A stretch of 36,131 nt of DNA, from positions 3,937-40,067 of the forward strand of contig JAUMFK010000008.1 in assembly GCA_032119875.1 (NCBI GenBank), read 5' to 3'. Within the stretch, counting starts at the first letter, position 1. Each line of letters starts with the position of its first letter. Below the pieces are notes generated by a model that worked only from the letters and a program-made list of their open reading frames with translations, was not told the DNA's origin and did not search any database. The DNA comes from Rickettsiales bacterium (GTDB taxonomy: Bacteria; Pseudomonadota; Alphaproteobacteria; Rickettsiales; UBA1997). Below, piece by piece: positions 18,703 through 28,431 of the stretch. A program made the translations under genes and the position numbers.

Positions 18703-19451
18703 CGAATAAAGATTAATTTTTTATGATCAGAATGTTCTAAACTAAATTGATAATTAAGTGGTTTTATGGTTTTTAAATCGTCAAGATTAATAATGTTATT
18801 TTTAATCATTAAATCGACAGTTTTGCCCCGAGCTTTTTTAGCATTAATGCCGATATTTTTGAGTTTATTTTGTTGATAATCTAAAAACATTACATCAATA
18901 ATATTAAGGGCTTGTTTATGTAATACTTTTGCATATTCTTGTGATGCTAAATTAATAATTAGCTCATAATTTTGGCAATATTTGGTGAGATCGTTATGCC
19001 AAAAATTATATAAGTTATCGATAAAAAAATTATGTTTTGCAAAATTGCTCGACATTTCAAGTCGATAAGGCAAAATAACATCAAAAGGTTTTAAAATGCC
19101 ATAAAGACCTGATAAAATCAGCACATTTTTTTGCAAATAATTGAGTTCTGGCTCTGTATAATTTGCTAAATTTAGTTGTTTATAAACATCGCCACGAAAT
19201 GTTAAAATAGCTTGTTTGGCTTGTTGATAATTTTTTTCTGTAAAATTTTGCCATCTTTGCTGGTTTAGTTCGGCAAGTTTTGGGCTGATATGGCAAATTT
19301 CTGCTATTTCTTGGCAAGTGAATTTTTTTAATTCATTTGCTAGCATTTGGGCTTTTTGTAAAAAAGCAGGAGCATTAGTTGAGATATGTTTAGCAAGTTT
19401 GCTAGAATCAGAAAAATCTAAAGTTTTTGCTGGTGATAAAATGATAATCAT
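18699..19451 (-). CDS. yaaA: YaaA (UPF0246) peroxide-stress DNA-binding protein
   Basis: 'ILSPAKTLDF', 'FRGDVY', 'ILSGLYG', 'PYRLEM', 'NLASQEY' and 'AKKARG'. Confidence 0.93.
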   Translation of the reverse strand: MIIILSPAKTLDFSDSSKLAKHISTNAPAFLQKAQMLANELKKFTCQEIAEICHISPKLAELNQQRWQNFTEKNYQQAKQAILTFRGDVYKQLNLANYTEPELNYLQKNVLILSGLYGILKPFDVILPYRLEMSSNFAKHNFFIDNLYNFWHNDLTKYCQNYELIINLASQEYAKVLHKQALNIIDVMFLDYQQNKLKNIGINAKKARGKTVDLMIKNNIINLDDLKTIKPLNYQFSLEHSDHKKLIFIR

Positions 19452-19530
19452 TATGTGTTGCTTTTATTTTTTTAATTTGTAGAATTTTAAATTATCTATT
19501 TGTTTTTTTAAAGCTTTAATTTTATATCAT

Positions 19531-20103
19531 ATGAATAAGTTAAATTCAATCAATGAAGTGCCATTAATGCGAAAAGCAACTGCTGTTTGGTTAATTGATA
19601 ACACTTCTCTTACCTTTTTACAAATTGCCAGATTTTGTCATTTACATGAGCTAGAAGTGCAAGGTATTGCCGATGGCGATATTGCTAGCGGTATTTTAGG
19701 GCAAAGTCCGATTATGTCGGGGCAACTCACCTTAAACGAAATACATCGTTGCGAAAATAATCCTACAGCAATCCTTACTTTAAATCAAAATGCAGCTAGT
19801 AAAATTCAGGATAGCAAACAAGCTAAATATACACCTATTGCCAGAAGGCAAGATAAACCAGATGGTATTTCTTTTTTATTAAAATATTATCCAGAAATTA
19901 GCAATAATCAAATTAAAAAATTAGTAGGCACCACCGATAAAATGATTGATTCTATTCGCTTAAAAAATCATTGGAATATGAAAAACATTAAACCTCGAGA
20001 TATTGTTTTATTAGGTTTGTGCAGTCAGGCAATGTTTAATGAGGTTATTTCGCAAGTTAAACTTTCTGAAAATCTAACTAAAAAAACTTCTGACAATGCT
20101 TAA
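19531..20103 (+). CDS. trcR: DUF1013 family cell-cycle transcriptional regulator TrcR
   Basis: 'PLMRKATAVWLIDNTSLTFLQIARFCHLHELEVQGIADG', 'YTPIARRQDKPD' and 'HWN'; alphaproteobacterial signature family. Confidence 0.88.
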   Translation: MNKLNSINEVPLMRKATAVWLIDNTSLTFLQIARFCHLHELEVQGIADGDIASGILGQSPIMSGQLTLNEIHRCENNPTAILTLNQNAASKIQDSKQAKYTPIARRQDKPDGISFLLKYYPEISNNQIKKLVGTTDKMIDSIRLKNHWNMKNIKPRDIVLLGLCSQAMFNEVISQVKLSENLTKKTSDNA

Positions 20104-20560
20104 TATATCCGATCCCGCACCACAATTTTCGTTATTAAGTAGCGAAGGTAGTTCTATAAATTTGGTTAATCTAAAAGGTAAAAATGTGGTTTTATATTTT
20201 TATCCCAAAGATGATACCCCCGGTTGCACTATACAAGCTCAAGATTTCAACAACCAATTAAATAAATTTAGCAATCTCGATTGCATTATTTTAGGAATTT
20301 CTAAAGATAATTTTAATAGTCATTGTAAATTTGTTAATAAATATTCACTTAAATTTTTGTTACTTTCCGATGAAACTGGTGAAGTTTGCAAGAAATATCA
20401 AGTTTTAGCTGAAAAATCAATGTTTGGTAAAAAATATACAGGCATTGATCGATCAACTTTTTTAATTGATAAAATGGGCAAAATAGCAAAAATTTGGCGG
20501 TCAGTTAAAGTGAGTGGGCATGTTGATGAGGTTTTGTCAGAACTAACAAAACTTTCTTAA
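20096..20560 (+). CDS. bcp: Thioredoxin-dependent peroxiredoxin Bcp
   Basis: 'LYFYPKDDTPGCT' and 'GIDRSTFLID'. Confidence 0.95.
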   Translation: MLNISDPAPQFSLLSSEGSSINLVNLKGKNVVLYFYPKDDTPGCTIQAQDFNNQLNKFSNLDCIILGISKDNFNSHCKFVNKYSLKFLLLSDETGEVCKKYQVLAEKSMFGKKYTGIDRSTFLIDKMGKIAKIWRSVKVSGHVDEVLSELTKLS

Positions 20561-20584
20561 CAATCAAGTTTTTTCTATTTTTTT

Positions 20585-21553
20585 ATGCAAGTAATTTCGT
20601 TACAAAAAACTGGTAATCCAGAGGTTTTTAAAATAGAAAAACATGATGAGATAAGGCCTAAACAAAACGAAGTAATAGTTCGAAACATGGCTATCGGAGT
20701 TAATCATATCGATGTTGCCATACGTAAAGGTCAGTATCAAATGCCCACTTTACCCTTAATTTTAGGAAACGAAGCTTGTGGCATAATCTCGGCTGTAGGT
20801 AGCGAAGTATCTAATTTTAAAGTAGGTGATAGAGTTGCTTATGCTACTTCTGGCATTGGAGCTTATTCCGAAAAAACCGCTGTAGTTGCTGATTGTTTAG
20901 TTTTGCCTCCAAAAGAGCTTACCGATTCTCAAGTAGTGGCGGTGTTGCTAAAAGGCTTGATGGCACACACTTTGCTGTTTAGAGTTTATCATGCCACTTT
21001 GGTAAAACGAATTCTAATTCATGCGGTAGCAGGTGGAGTTGGTTATATTTTATGTCAGTGGGCAAGGCATTTAGGCATTGAAGTGGTTGGCACAGTTGGT
21101 TCTGATCAAAAAATAGATTTCGCTAACTTGATTGGTTGCAACCATGTTATTAACTATACAACTAACAATTTTGTTGAAGAGTTAGCTAAAATCACTAACT
21201 ATAACGGTGTAGGTATTGTTTATGATTCGGTAGGCAAAGATACTATCTTAAAATCGCTCGAATGTTTGTGGCCCATGGGTATTTGTATTAGTTATGGCGA
21301 GTCTTCTGGAGTTGTTGAGCCAATAAATTTAAATTCTTTAATTGATAATTCTTTGTATTTGTGTCGGCCAAGTTTGCCAATTTTTAAAAATAACCGAGCC
21401 GAGCTTGCCATTACCGCAGAGCAAATTTTTTCTATGGTAAAAAAAGGCATCATTAAACCAAGAATCACCGAGTTTAATTTTAAAGATGTGGTAAAAGCTC
21501 ATAAATTGTTTGAAAATCGCACTAATACTGGCTCTATTGTGCTTACTTTTTAA
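20585..21553 (+). CDS. qor: NADPH:quinone oxidoreductase (zeta-crystallin family)
   Basis: 'AIGVNHID', 'VGDRVAY', 'HAVAGGVG', 'VYDSVGKDT' and 'TGSIVL'. Confidence 0.9.
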   Translation: MQVISLQKTGNPEVFKIEKHDEIRPKQNEVIVRNMAIGVNHIDVAIRKGQYQMPTLPLILGNEACGIISAVGSEVSNFKVGDRVAYATSGIGAYSEKTAVVADCLVLPPKELTDSQVVAVLLKGLMAHTLLFRVYHATLVKRILIHAVAGGVGYILCQWARHLGIEVVGTVGSDQKIDFANLIGCNHVINYTTNNFVEELAKITNYNGVGIVYDSVGKDTILKSLECLWPMGICISYGESSGVVEPINLNSLIDNSLYLCRPSLPIFKNNRAELAITAEQIFSMVKKGIIKPRITEFNFKDVVKAHKLFENRTNTGSIVLTF

Positions 21554-21556
21554 ATT

Positions 21557-22207
21557 ATGAATTTTTTATATCAGCGATTTGTTGCTAATAAAAAAAGCTG
21601 GGTTTTATCAAATAAACTGGGCATGGCGGTTGATGATGATAATCAAAATATTCCTTGGTTTAACTATTTAGCAGTTGATTTTTTACAAAAATATTGTCAA
21701 AAAAACTCAAATTTAACAGTTTTTGAATTTGGTTGCGGTTCTTCTACTTTGTTTTTTCAAAAATATTCTTACCGCACATTTAGTCTTGAAACCAATAAAA
21801 ATTGGTTTAAAATTATCACTCAAAAGTTATCTAATATTGCTGTGGGGCAGTGGAATGAAAATTATTTTTCAAATCAAAATTCTCTTTGTGGAGCAGAGGT
21901 TTTTTTGTTAGAAAATGCTTATCAAAATCCAAATTATTATCATTTTTTAGCAAATAATTTTCAACATCGGCAATTTGATATTATTTTGATTGATTCTTTA
22001 CATCGCAAGCAGTGTGTTTTGAATAGTATAGAGTTTTTAAAACCTAATGGCTTGCTTATTGTTGATGATTTTGAAAGAAAAAATTATCACAAAATTGCTC
22101 AATATTTAGAAAAACAAGGTTTTTATTGCCAAAATTTTATTGATTTGGCGATGGGGCAGTTAAAAATCAAGCAAACAGCAATATTTAGCATAAATAAAAC
22201 ACTATGA
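21557..22207 (+). CDS. Class I SAM-dependent methyltransferase-like protein
   Basis: 'IPWFNY', motif I 'VFEFGCGSSTLFF', 'FDIILID' and 'LKPNGLLIVDD'. Confidence 0.75.
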   Translation: MNFLYQRFVANKKSWVLSNKLGMAVDDDNQNIPWFNYLAVDFLQKYCQKNSNLTVFEFGCGSSTLFFQKYSYRTFSLETNKNWFKIITQKLSNIAVGQWNENYFSNQNSLCGAEVFLLENAYQNPNYYHFLANNFQHRQFDIILIDSLHRKQCVLNSIEFLKPNGLLIVDDFERKNYHKIAQYLEKQGFYCQNFIDLAMGQLKIKQTAIFSINKTL

Positions 22208-22527
22208 ATACTAATTTTATTATCATTAACACTACTTTTGATAGCTTAAAAAAGGCACAAGAAATTTCGTTTGCTTTGCTTACCCAAAAACTAGCAGGTT
22301 GCACTCAAATACAAGAAATCAGCAGTAGCTATGTTTATAACCAGCAAATTTGCACTCAAACAGAGTTTTTATTAACCATTAAAACCAAGCAAAGCCTTTT
22401 TGCTAGTATTGAAAGTTATTTAACAAAACATCATTCTTATCAAACACCGCAAATTATTGCTACCTCAATTAGCCACATTTCGCCCAAATATCGACAATGG
22501 CTAGAAAGTTGTTTGCTTGATGATTAA
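22204..22527 (+). CDS. cutA: Divalent-cation tolerance protein CutA
   Basis: 'LLTQKLAGC', 'E..LTIKT', 'HHSYQTPQII' and 'YRQWL'. Confidence 0.9.
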   Translation: MNTNFIIINTTFDSLKKAQEISFALLTQKLAGCTQIQEISSSYVYNQQICTQTEFLLTIKTKQSLFASIESYLTKHHSYQTPQIIATSISHISPKYRQWLESCLLDD

Positions 22528-24940
22528 TCCTAGCTCACAAAACTCAATTAAATACTGCAATCATTGCCAGCAAGAAGTGTTAAATGATGGCTACCAAGAG
22601 CAAGATTTGGCTTTTTGTTGCCATGGTTGTTTGTTGGCTTTTAAGTTAATAAAAAACAGTAATCTTGCCGATTATTATCAAATACGTAATCAGCAAAGTG
22701 CCGATAATTTTAATAACCTTAAACCAGAAAGTGACGATTTTTGCGATTTTTCTGATTTTTTTTCACAAAATTCGGTTGATAATTATCAAACAACCTTGTT
22801 AATTAGCAATTTAAAATGCCTTGCTTGTGTGTGGTTGATTGAAAGTATTTTGGCTAAACAAAAAAATATTTTGCTTGCTAAAATAAATACCACCGCCAAA
22901 TCTCTTACCATTAATTGGCAAGGCAATATTGAAGATGGTAAAAAACTAGTGTTGCTAGTGCAGAATTTAGGCTATAACTTGGCTCCTTTTAATGTAGCAA
23001 GCATTAATTTGCAACAAAAACTAGAGCAAGAAAAACTGCTAAAAGCCCTAGCGGTTGCTGGCTTTGGGGCGGGCAACCTAATGTTATTTTCTGTTGGTTT
23101 ATGGCTTACCGATGCTAGTCAGATGGGTTTTTACACTCGTTTTTTATTTCATCTTTTTTCTGCCCTGATAGCTATTCCTGTGGCAATTTATTCGGCAAGA
23201 ATTTTTGTTTTTTCGGCTTTAAATGCTATCAAAAAAGGGCAAGCAAATATGGATTTGCCAATTAGTTTAGCTATTATTTTGGCCTGCATTGTTAGTTATT
23301 TAAACACTTGGCAGGGCTTATCTTATGTGTATTTTGATTCGGCGGTGATGCTGATTTTCTTTTTGCTAATTGGCAGATACCTCGATTTTTTAGCTAAAAA
23401 AAAGGCTCAAAATATTGCTTCTGATTTTGCCCATCTTACCGCTAGTTTTGGCAGAGTTTTGTTATCAAATGGTGAGATTAAAATTTTTCCTAGTCATAAA
23501 TTAATGCCAAATGATATTTTATTGATTGCTTGTGGTGAAAAAATTTCTGCTGATGGAGTGGTAATTGATGGCAATTCTAGTGTCAATAATTTTTTGTTAA
23601 GTGGCGAAACTGTTAATGTTGCAGTTGCTGTTCATTCACTTGTTTATGCTGGTGCGGTTAATTTAGAGGCACCGTTGCAGGTAAAAGTTTTAAAAACCGC
23701 TCAAGATAGTGTTTTGGGCAAGATTATGAATTTTGTGGCTAATTTACAATGTAGTAAAAATTATTTTGTGAGTATTGCCGATAAATTATCAAAACTCTAC
23801 ACTCCGATAGTTCATTTGCTTGCCTTGCTTACCTTTTTATACTGGAAGTTTTTTTTAGAGCAAACTTGGCAACAAGCTTTAATGAATGCCACTGCGGTTT
23901 TAATTATTACTTGTCCTTGTGCTTTGGCTTTGGCGGTGCCAGTTGCTCAAACTATTGGTATTGCTAATTTGCTAAAAAAATCTATTCTCATTAAAAATGC
24001 CGAAGTTTTTGAAAAATTAAGCAAAATTACCACTATTGTGCTTGATAAAACAGGCACTCTTACCACTGGCAACCCAACTTTGCAAAATATTTTTGCTATT
24101 CAAAACCAACAGTTAGTAGAAATTTCTGATAATCATTTTGTTTCACAACTTGCTGTAAGTTTAGCAAAGCACAGCAAACATATTATTGCCAAGGCAATTG
24201 TTAAAGATATTTTTTCAACGATCAATAATCTTGTAATAAATAATATTGCCGAAGAAAAAGGTTTAGGAGTTAGTGGTTTTTATAATGGTTCGCCCATAAA
24301 ACTAGGCAGTGCTAAATTTTGCCAAATAAATTTTGAAAATCTTATTTGTCAATTGCCAAATTTAGCAAATCAGTTATGTTGTTTTTTTACTTATCGGCAA
24401 GAGCAGTTATTATTTGTATTGCAAGATAGCTTAAAAACTGATGCCGTTGAGGTTTTAAAAAATCTTACCAATAAAAATATTATATTACTTTCTGGCGATA
24501 GAAAAGAAAATGTAGAAAATATGGCAAAAACTCTCGGTATTAAAAACTATTATTTTGCTTGCGATCCCCTACAAAAAACTCAAATTTTGCAAGATTTACA
24601 AAAAAAAAATGAGCAAATAATGATGGTAGGTGACGGTTTAAACGATTTGCCATCGCTTGCTTTGGCTGATGTTTCGGTTTCTTTTTCTGCAGCAATTGAT
24701 GCTTCACAAAAAACTGCCGATGTTATTATTGAAGGTTATAAATTACAACCGTTGCTTGATTTATTTAGCTTGGTTGCCAAAACTAAAAAAACTATGCTAC
24801 AAAATTTAGCAATCTCGCTGTGCTATAATTTAATTGCCTTGCCTTTTGCTATTTTAGGCTATGTTTCGCCACTTTTGGCGGCCTTGGCGATGTCTAGCTC
24901 TTCTATTTTAGTAGTTTTAAATTCTTTTTTATGGAAATAA
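22517..24940 (+). CDS. P1B-type heavy-metal (Cu) ATPase, FixI/CcoI-like
   Basis: N-terminal 'CNHC...FCCHGC' domain, 'CLACVWLIE', TM 'CPC', phosphorylation motif 'DKTGT' and 'GDGLND'. Confidence 0.9.
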   Translation: MMINPSSQNSIKYCNHCQQEVLNDGYQEQDLAFCCHGCLLAFKLIKNSNLADYYQIRNQQSADNFNNLKPESDDFCDFSDFFSQNSVDNYQTTLLISNLKCLACVWLIESILAKQKNILLAKINTTAKSLTINWQGNIEDGKKLVLLVQNLGYNLAPFNVASINLQQKLEQEKLLKALAVAGFGAGNLMLFSVGLWLTDASQMGFYTRFLFHLFSALIAIPVAIYSARIFVFSALNAIKKGQANMDLPISLAIILACIVSYLNTWQGLSYVYFDSAVMLIFFLLIGRYLDFLAKKKAQNIASDFAHLTASFGRVLLSNGEIKIFPSHKLMPNDILLIACGEKISADGVVIDGNSSVNNFLLSGETVNVAVAVHSLVYAGAVNLEAPLQVKVLKTAQDSVLGKIMNFVANLQCSKNYFVSIADKLSKLYTPIVHLLALLTFLYWKFFLEQTWQQALMNATAVLIITCPCALALAVPVAQTIGIANLLKKSILIKNAEVFEKLSKITTIVLDKTGTLTTGNPTLQNIFAIQNQQLVEISDNHFVSQLAVSLAKHSKHIIAKAIVKDIFSTINNLVINNIAEEKGLGVSGFYNGSPIKLGSAKFCQINFENLICQLPNLANQLCCFFTYRQEQLLFVLQDSLKTDAVEVLKNLTNKNIILLSGDRKENVENMAKTLGIKNYYFACDPLQKTQILQDLQKKNEQIMMVGDGLNDLPSLALADVSVSFSAAIDASQKTADVIIEGYKLQPLLDLFSLVAKTKKTMLQNLAISLCYNLIALPFAILGYVSPLLAALAMSSSSILVVLNSFLWK

Positions 24941-25344
24941 CGATAAAAAATAAACAACAAATGCAAAAATTTGCCTACGATATGGCAAAAAATGCTAAAC
25001 ATAACCAAATTTTTGCTTTATTTGGCAATTTAGGAGTTGGAAAAAGTTTTTTTGCCAAGCATTTTATTAATTGCTTACAAATTAATAAAACCGAAGTATT
25101 AAGCCCAACTTTTGCTTTATTAAATACTTATTTAACAAGCAAAGGTGAGGTTTTTCATTTTGATTTATATCGTTTAAAAAGCCACCTAGAGCTCGAAAAT
25201 ATTGGCTTTTTTTTGCCTATAACTCATAACATTATGCTAATTGAGTGGCCAGAAATCGCCATGCCTTTTTTACCTGTTGATATTATCAAAATTTCTTTTA
25301 CTAAATTAAACAATAGCAACATTCGCAATATTACCATTTTATGA
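24931..25344 (+). CDS. tsaE: tRNA threonylcarbamoyladenosine biosynthesis ATPase TsaE
   Basis: 'GNLGVGKS', 'SPTF', 'HFDLYRL' and 'IEWPE'. Confidence 0.95.
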   Translation: MEITIKNKQQMQKFAYDMAKNAKHNQIFALFGNLGVGKSFFAKHFINCLQINKTEVLSPTFALLNTYLTSKGEVFHFDLYRLKSHLELENIGFFLPITHNIMLIEWPEIAMPFLPVDIIKISFTKLNNSNIRNITIL

Positions 25345-26318
25345 TTAAACACATTTTTATAAGCAACGAAAACCACTATGGTTTAAGGTTAGATAAGTTT
25401 TTAACTATGCAGTTTTTAAGCCTAGATTCTAGCATTACTCGCAGTAAAATTCAGCAATTTTTAAAAGATGGTTTAGTTTTGATAGATGATGTGCTGGTTG
25501 TTAATGCTTCTTATGTGCTAAAAAATAAAGTGCAAAATATTACCATCACCTTCCCTCAAAAAAAACCAAGCCATCTACTTGCCACCAATATTGCTTTTGA
25601 AATTGTTTATCAAGATGAGCATTTGTTGGTTATTAATAAACCCGCTAATCTAACAGTTCATCCAGGTAGCGGCAATCAACAAAACACTTTGGTTAACGGC
25701 TTGTTGTTTTTAGATCAGAAATTATCAACGAATTGCGATATCACAAGGCCTGGAATTGTGCATCGGCTCGATAAAGATACCAGTGGTTTAATGCTAGTGG
25801 CAAAAAACGATCTTACTCATTTAAGATTAAGCAAAATGTTGCAAGAAAGGCAAATCAATCGCACTTATTTAGCATTTATTTATGGAAGCATCACTCCGCA
25901 ACAAGGAATTATTAACAAAAATATTTGCCGCAATGCCAACAACAGGCTAAAAATGATTACTTGCAAGCAAACAGGAAAAACAGCGATTAGTCATTATCAA
26001 ACTTTACAAGTTTTTGGCAATAATTTTGCCAGCCTAGTGCAATGCAGGCTTGAAACAGGCAGAACCCATCAAATTAGAGTGCATTTTGAATCTGAAAAAC
26101 ATTCGTTAATTGGCGATCAGCTTTATAATTCTTGTCAAAAAATGTTGCCCAGTAACTGCACAATAGAATTTAAAAATTATCTCAAAAATCTTAAAAGACA
26201 AGCCTTGCATTCAAATATTATAGAATTTATTCACCCCATTTCTGAAATAAAAATGCATTTTATTTGCCCATTGCCACCAGATTTAATTAAGTTGCAACGG
26301 TTGTTAGAAGAAATTTAA
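25341..26318 (+). CDS. rluD: RluD-type 23S rRNA pseudouridine synthase
   Basis: S4 domain 'RLDKFL', 'GIVHRLDKDTSGL' and 'TGRTHQIRVH'. Confidence 0.88.
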   Translation: MIKHIFISNENHYGLRLDKFLTMQFLSLDSSITRSKIQQFLKDGLVLIDDVLVVNASYVLKNKVQNITITFPQKKPSHLLATNIAFEIVYQDEHLLVINKPANLTVHPGSGNQQNTLVNGLLFLDQKLSTNCDITRPGIVHRLDKDTSGLMLVAKNDLTHLRLSKMLQERQINRTYLAFIYGSITPQQGIINKNICRNANNRLKMITCKQTGKTAISHYQTLQVFGNNFASLVQCRLETGRTHQIRVHFESEKHSLIGDQLYNSCQKMLPSNCTIEFKNYLKNLKRQALHSNIIEFIHPISEIKMHFICPLPPDLIKLQRLLEEI

Positions 26319-26338
26319 TATTATTTATTAAAAAACAT

Positions 26339-26366
26339 TTGACATTTAAGAAATAAATATTATAAT
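26339..26366 (+). promoter_or_regulatory. Consensus sigma70 promoter upstream of the orphan ORF
   Basis: TTGACA (26339-26344), 16-nt spacer, TATAAT (26361-26366). Confidence 0.7.
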
Positions 26367-26527
26367 TAATTTAAGTTAAGTTATTTAACTAAATTTTTTA
26401 TTAATTATAGCACTTTTAAATTCTAAATTTTGTTTTAATTTTAGTTTTAAAAAGAAATTTTAGTTATGTTTAGCCTCAAATTAAACATAATTAGGCTAAA
26501 AGCGCTGTTATATTATATTTATATCTT

Positions 26528-26914
26528 ATGGAAAATGCAAATCAGACAACAGATACATTAGTGCCGCGAGTGCCGCCGATAAACATTCCTAAGCAAGAAA
26601 TAAAAAAAGAAGAAGCGGAATATGTCAAAAGATTAAACGAACTAGATAATCAGCAAACAGAAGAGGGTGAGTATTTCCCTGGTGATGAAGGTTTTTTACC
26701 AAATGCTGCTATAGATGTTTCAGAACCTTGTAAAAAATTGCCTTCGTTAAGACCATTTTCAGAGCTTCCTAATAGAAGAAAAAAATCGCCAGAAAAATCG
26801 CCAGTAATAATTGAAGAAGACTCTGCTCCTTCCGAAACATGTTGCCCAGCATTTTTTGCGAATTTTCGTGATATGTTTACATCATTGGGTTTCTGTGGTA
26901 ATAAGCCTCTTTAA
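26528..26914 (+). CDS. Orphan Pro/Glu/Ser-rich protein; candidate secreted effector
   Basis: 128-aa ORF with ATG start and its own consensus promoter; disordered composition; no recognisable family. Confidence 0.6.
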   Translation: MENANQTTDTLVPRVPPINIPKQEIKKEEAEYVKRLNELDNQQTEEGEYFPGDEGFLPNAAIDVSEPCKKLPSLRPFSELPNRRKKSPEKSPVIIEEDSAPSETCCPAFFANFRDMFTSLGFCGNKPL

Positions 26915-28200
26915 AAAAATAATTCTAGGGCAAAATGTAAAGATCCGCAAATCACCACTAGGCAGGGTTGCTTTTGCTGGCCAATTATGTTTAGGGCATC
27001 AAATAAGTTTTGGGCATCTGTGATAGCAAGATTATGGCTTTTGCCAATACTTGTTATCACTTGGCTTGATTCTGGATATGGCTCTTTGCCAACGGTTACG
27101 GCAAGTAAGTTAAATTGCAAAAAAGCTAATAAAAAATTAGGTTGACATTTATTTTTGCTAAAACCACAAATCACAAATTTTTGACTGTCATTAAAAGTGT
27201 TCTGACAAGCAAGCCACTCGGCAAGTGCCAAAGCCCCGCCAATATTATGAGCTCCATCAAACCATAATTCACTATGTTGCGGCAATAATTTTAGCCAATG
27301 ATTGTTTATTTTGTGTAGTCGAGCAGGCCAAAAAACTGTAGCAATTGCCTTGGCTAAATGCTGATAAGTAAAGTGAAAATCGTGGCTAATTGCCATAATG
27401 CAGGCCAAGGCGGTCGAAAAATTAAAATATTGATGTTTGCCAAGTAAATTTGGTTGCGGTAAATTTGGTAATAAATTTTCATTTTGCCAGTAAAAATCAA
27501 AACTCCCTGTATTGTTGATTTCTATAAAAAAATCTTGCTCATAAAAATAAGTGATGCTTTGTAATTGTGTAGCAATTTCGTTTATCGCCAAGTTTATTGT
27601 AAAATCATCTTGCTTGGCAACAATGAGAGGGGTTTGATTTCTGGCAATGCAAGCTTTGTGCAGAGCTATTTCTAACACAGTGTTGCCTAAATATTCTTGA
27701 TGATCAAGAGAAATTGACGAAATAACGGTAGCAAGTTTTTTTTCAATAATATTGGTGGCATCAATTCGCCCGCCCATTCCGCACTCAATAATTAAAATAT
27801 CAGAATTACTTTGCGAAAAAGCTAAAAAACTAGCTATGGTAAAGCTTTCCATAAAGGTAAATTGATGTTCTTGACTAGCTAATCTGGTTTCTTCTAAAAT
27901 TTCATATAAGTTGCCGTCGCTAATTATTTGACCATTTAACACAATGCGTTCATTGCAGTGAAGTAGGTGCGGAGATGTATAAACACTAGCTTTATAGCCA
28001 GCTACTTGAAATATTTTAGCTAATAATGCCGCAATTGAGCCTTTGCCGTTGGTGCCTGCAATATGAATAACGGGAGGTAGTTTTTGGTGAGGGTTGCCTA
28101 GCTTGTGTAAAACAGGGAGCATTCGAGCAAAAACTGTTTCATAGTTAATTTTTTTGTTGCCCAAGGTAGAAGGTATGGGCCAATGCGGTAGATAAACCAT
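26911..28200 (-). CDS. folC: Dihydrofolate/folylpolyglutamate synthase, copy 2 (Rickettsiales-type N-terminus)
   Basis: 'MVYLPHWP', 'GTNGKGS', 'YTSPHL', 'ECGMGGRIDATN', 'WPARL', 'DGAHN' and 'CGSLHF'. Confidence 0.92.
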   Translation of the reverse strand: MVYLPHWPIPSTLGNKKINYETVFARMLPVLHKLGNPHQKLPPVIHIAGTNGKGSIAALLAKIFQVAGYKASVYTSPHLLHCNERIVLNGQIISDGNLYEILEETRLASQEHQFTFMESFTIASFLAFSQSNSDILIIECGMGGRIDATNIIEKKLATVISSISLDHQEYLGNTVLEIALHKACIARNQTPLIVAKQDDFTINLAINEIATQLQSITYFYEQDFFIEINNTGSFDFYWQNENLLPNLPQPNLLGKHQYFNFSTALACIMAISHDFHFTYQHLAKAIATVFWPARLHKINNHWLKLLPQHSELWFDGAHNIGGALALAEWLACQNTFNDSQKFVICGFSKNKCQPNFLLAFLQFNLLAVTVGKEPYPESSQVITSIGKSHNLAITDAQNLFDALNIIGQQKQPCLVVICGSLHFALELFF

Positions 28201-28223
28201 TAAGATGTATAGTTAAAACAAAG

Positions 28224-28300
28224 TGGCGCACCCGAGAGGATTTGAACCCCTAACCTTCTGATCCGTAGTCAGATACTCTATCCAGTTGAGCTACGGGTGC
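28224..28300 (-). tRNA. tRNA-Arg(ACG), CCA encoded
   Basis: The minus strand reads GCACCCGTAGCTCAACTGGATAGAGTATCTGACTACGGATCAGAAGGTTAGGGGTTCAAATCCTCTCGGGTGCGCCA, a 77-nt cloverleaf with anticodon ACG. Confidence 0.97.
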
Positions 28301-28319
28301 AGTTTTAAGAACTTTATAA

Positions 28320-28347
28320 ATTATAAAACAATAAAAACAAAATACAA
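28320..28347 (-). promoter_or_regulatory. Putative sigma70 promoter for tRNA-Arg/folC2
   Basis: Minus strand TTGTAT-N16-TATAAT, ending 20 nt upstream of the tRNA. Confidence 0.45.
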
Positions 28348-28368
28348 GCAGCTTTTTTAAAAAGTTTC

Positions 28369-28397
28369 TTGCAATAACAATTATTTATCTTTAAAAT
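28369..28397 (+). promoter_or_regulatory. Putative sigma70 promoter for the ppiD-trpE-obgE operon
   Basis: TTGCAA-N17-TAAAAT, 35 nt upstream of the ATG. Confidence 0.45.
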
Positions 28398-28431
28398 TTA
28401 TGTAAAATTTTTTAATTATCGTTTTATTAAA

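Noticed and set aside
26361-26390. TTAA cluster as a CtrA box
   Set aside because: No pair has TTAA-N7-TTAA spacing; such clusters are expected in AT-rich DNA.
28224-28300. tRNA-Arg as an integration site
   Set aside because: No integrase and no duplicated tRNA 3' end were seen; the tRNA is directly followed by folC2.
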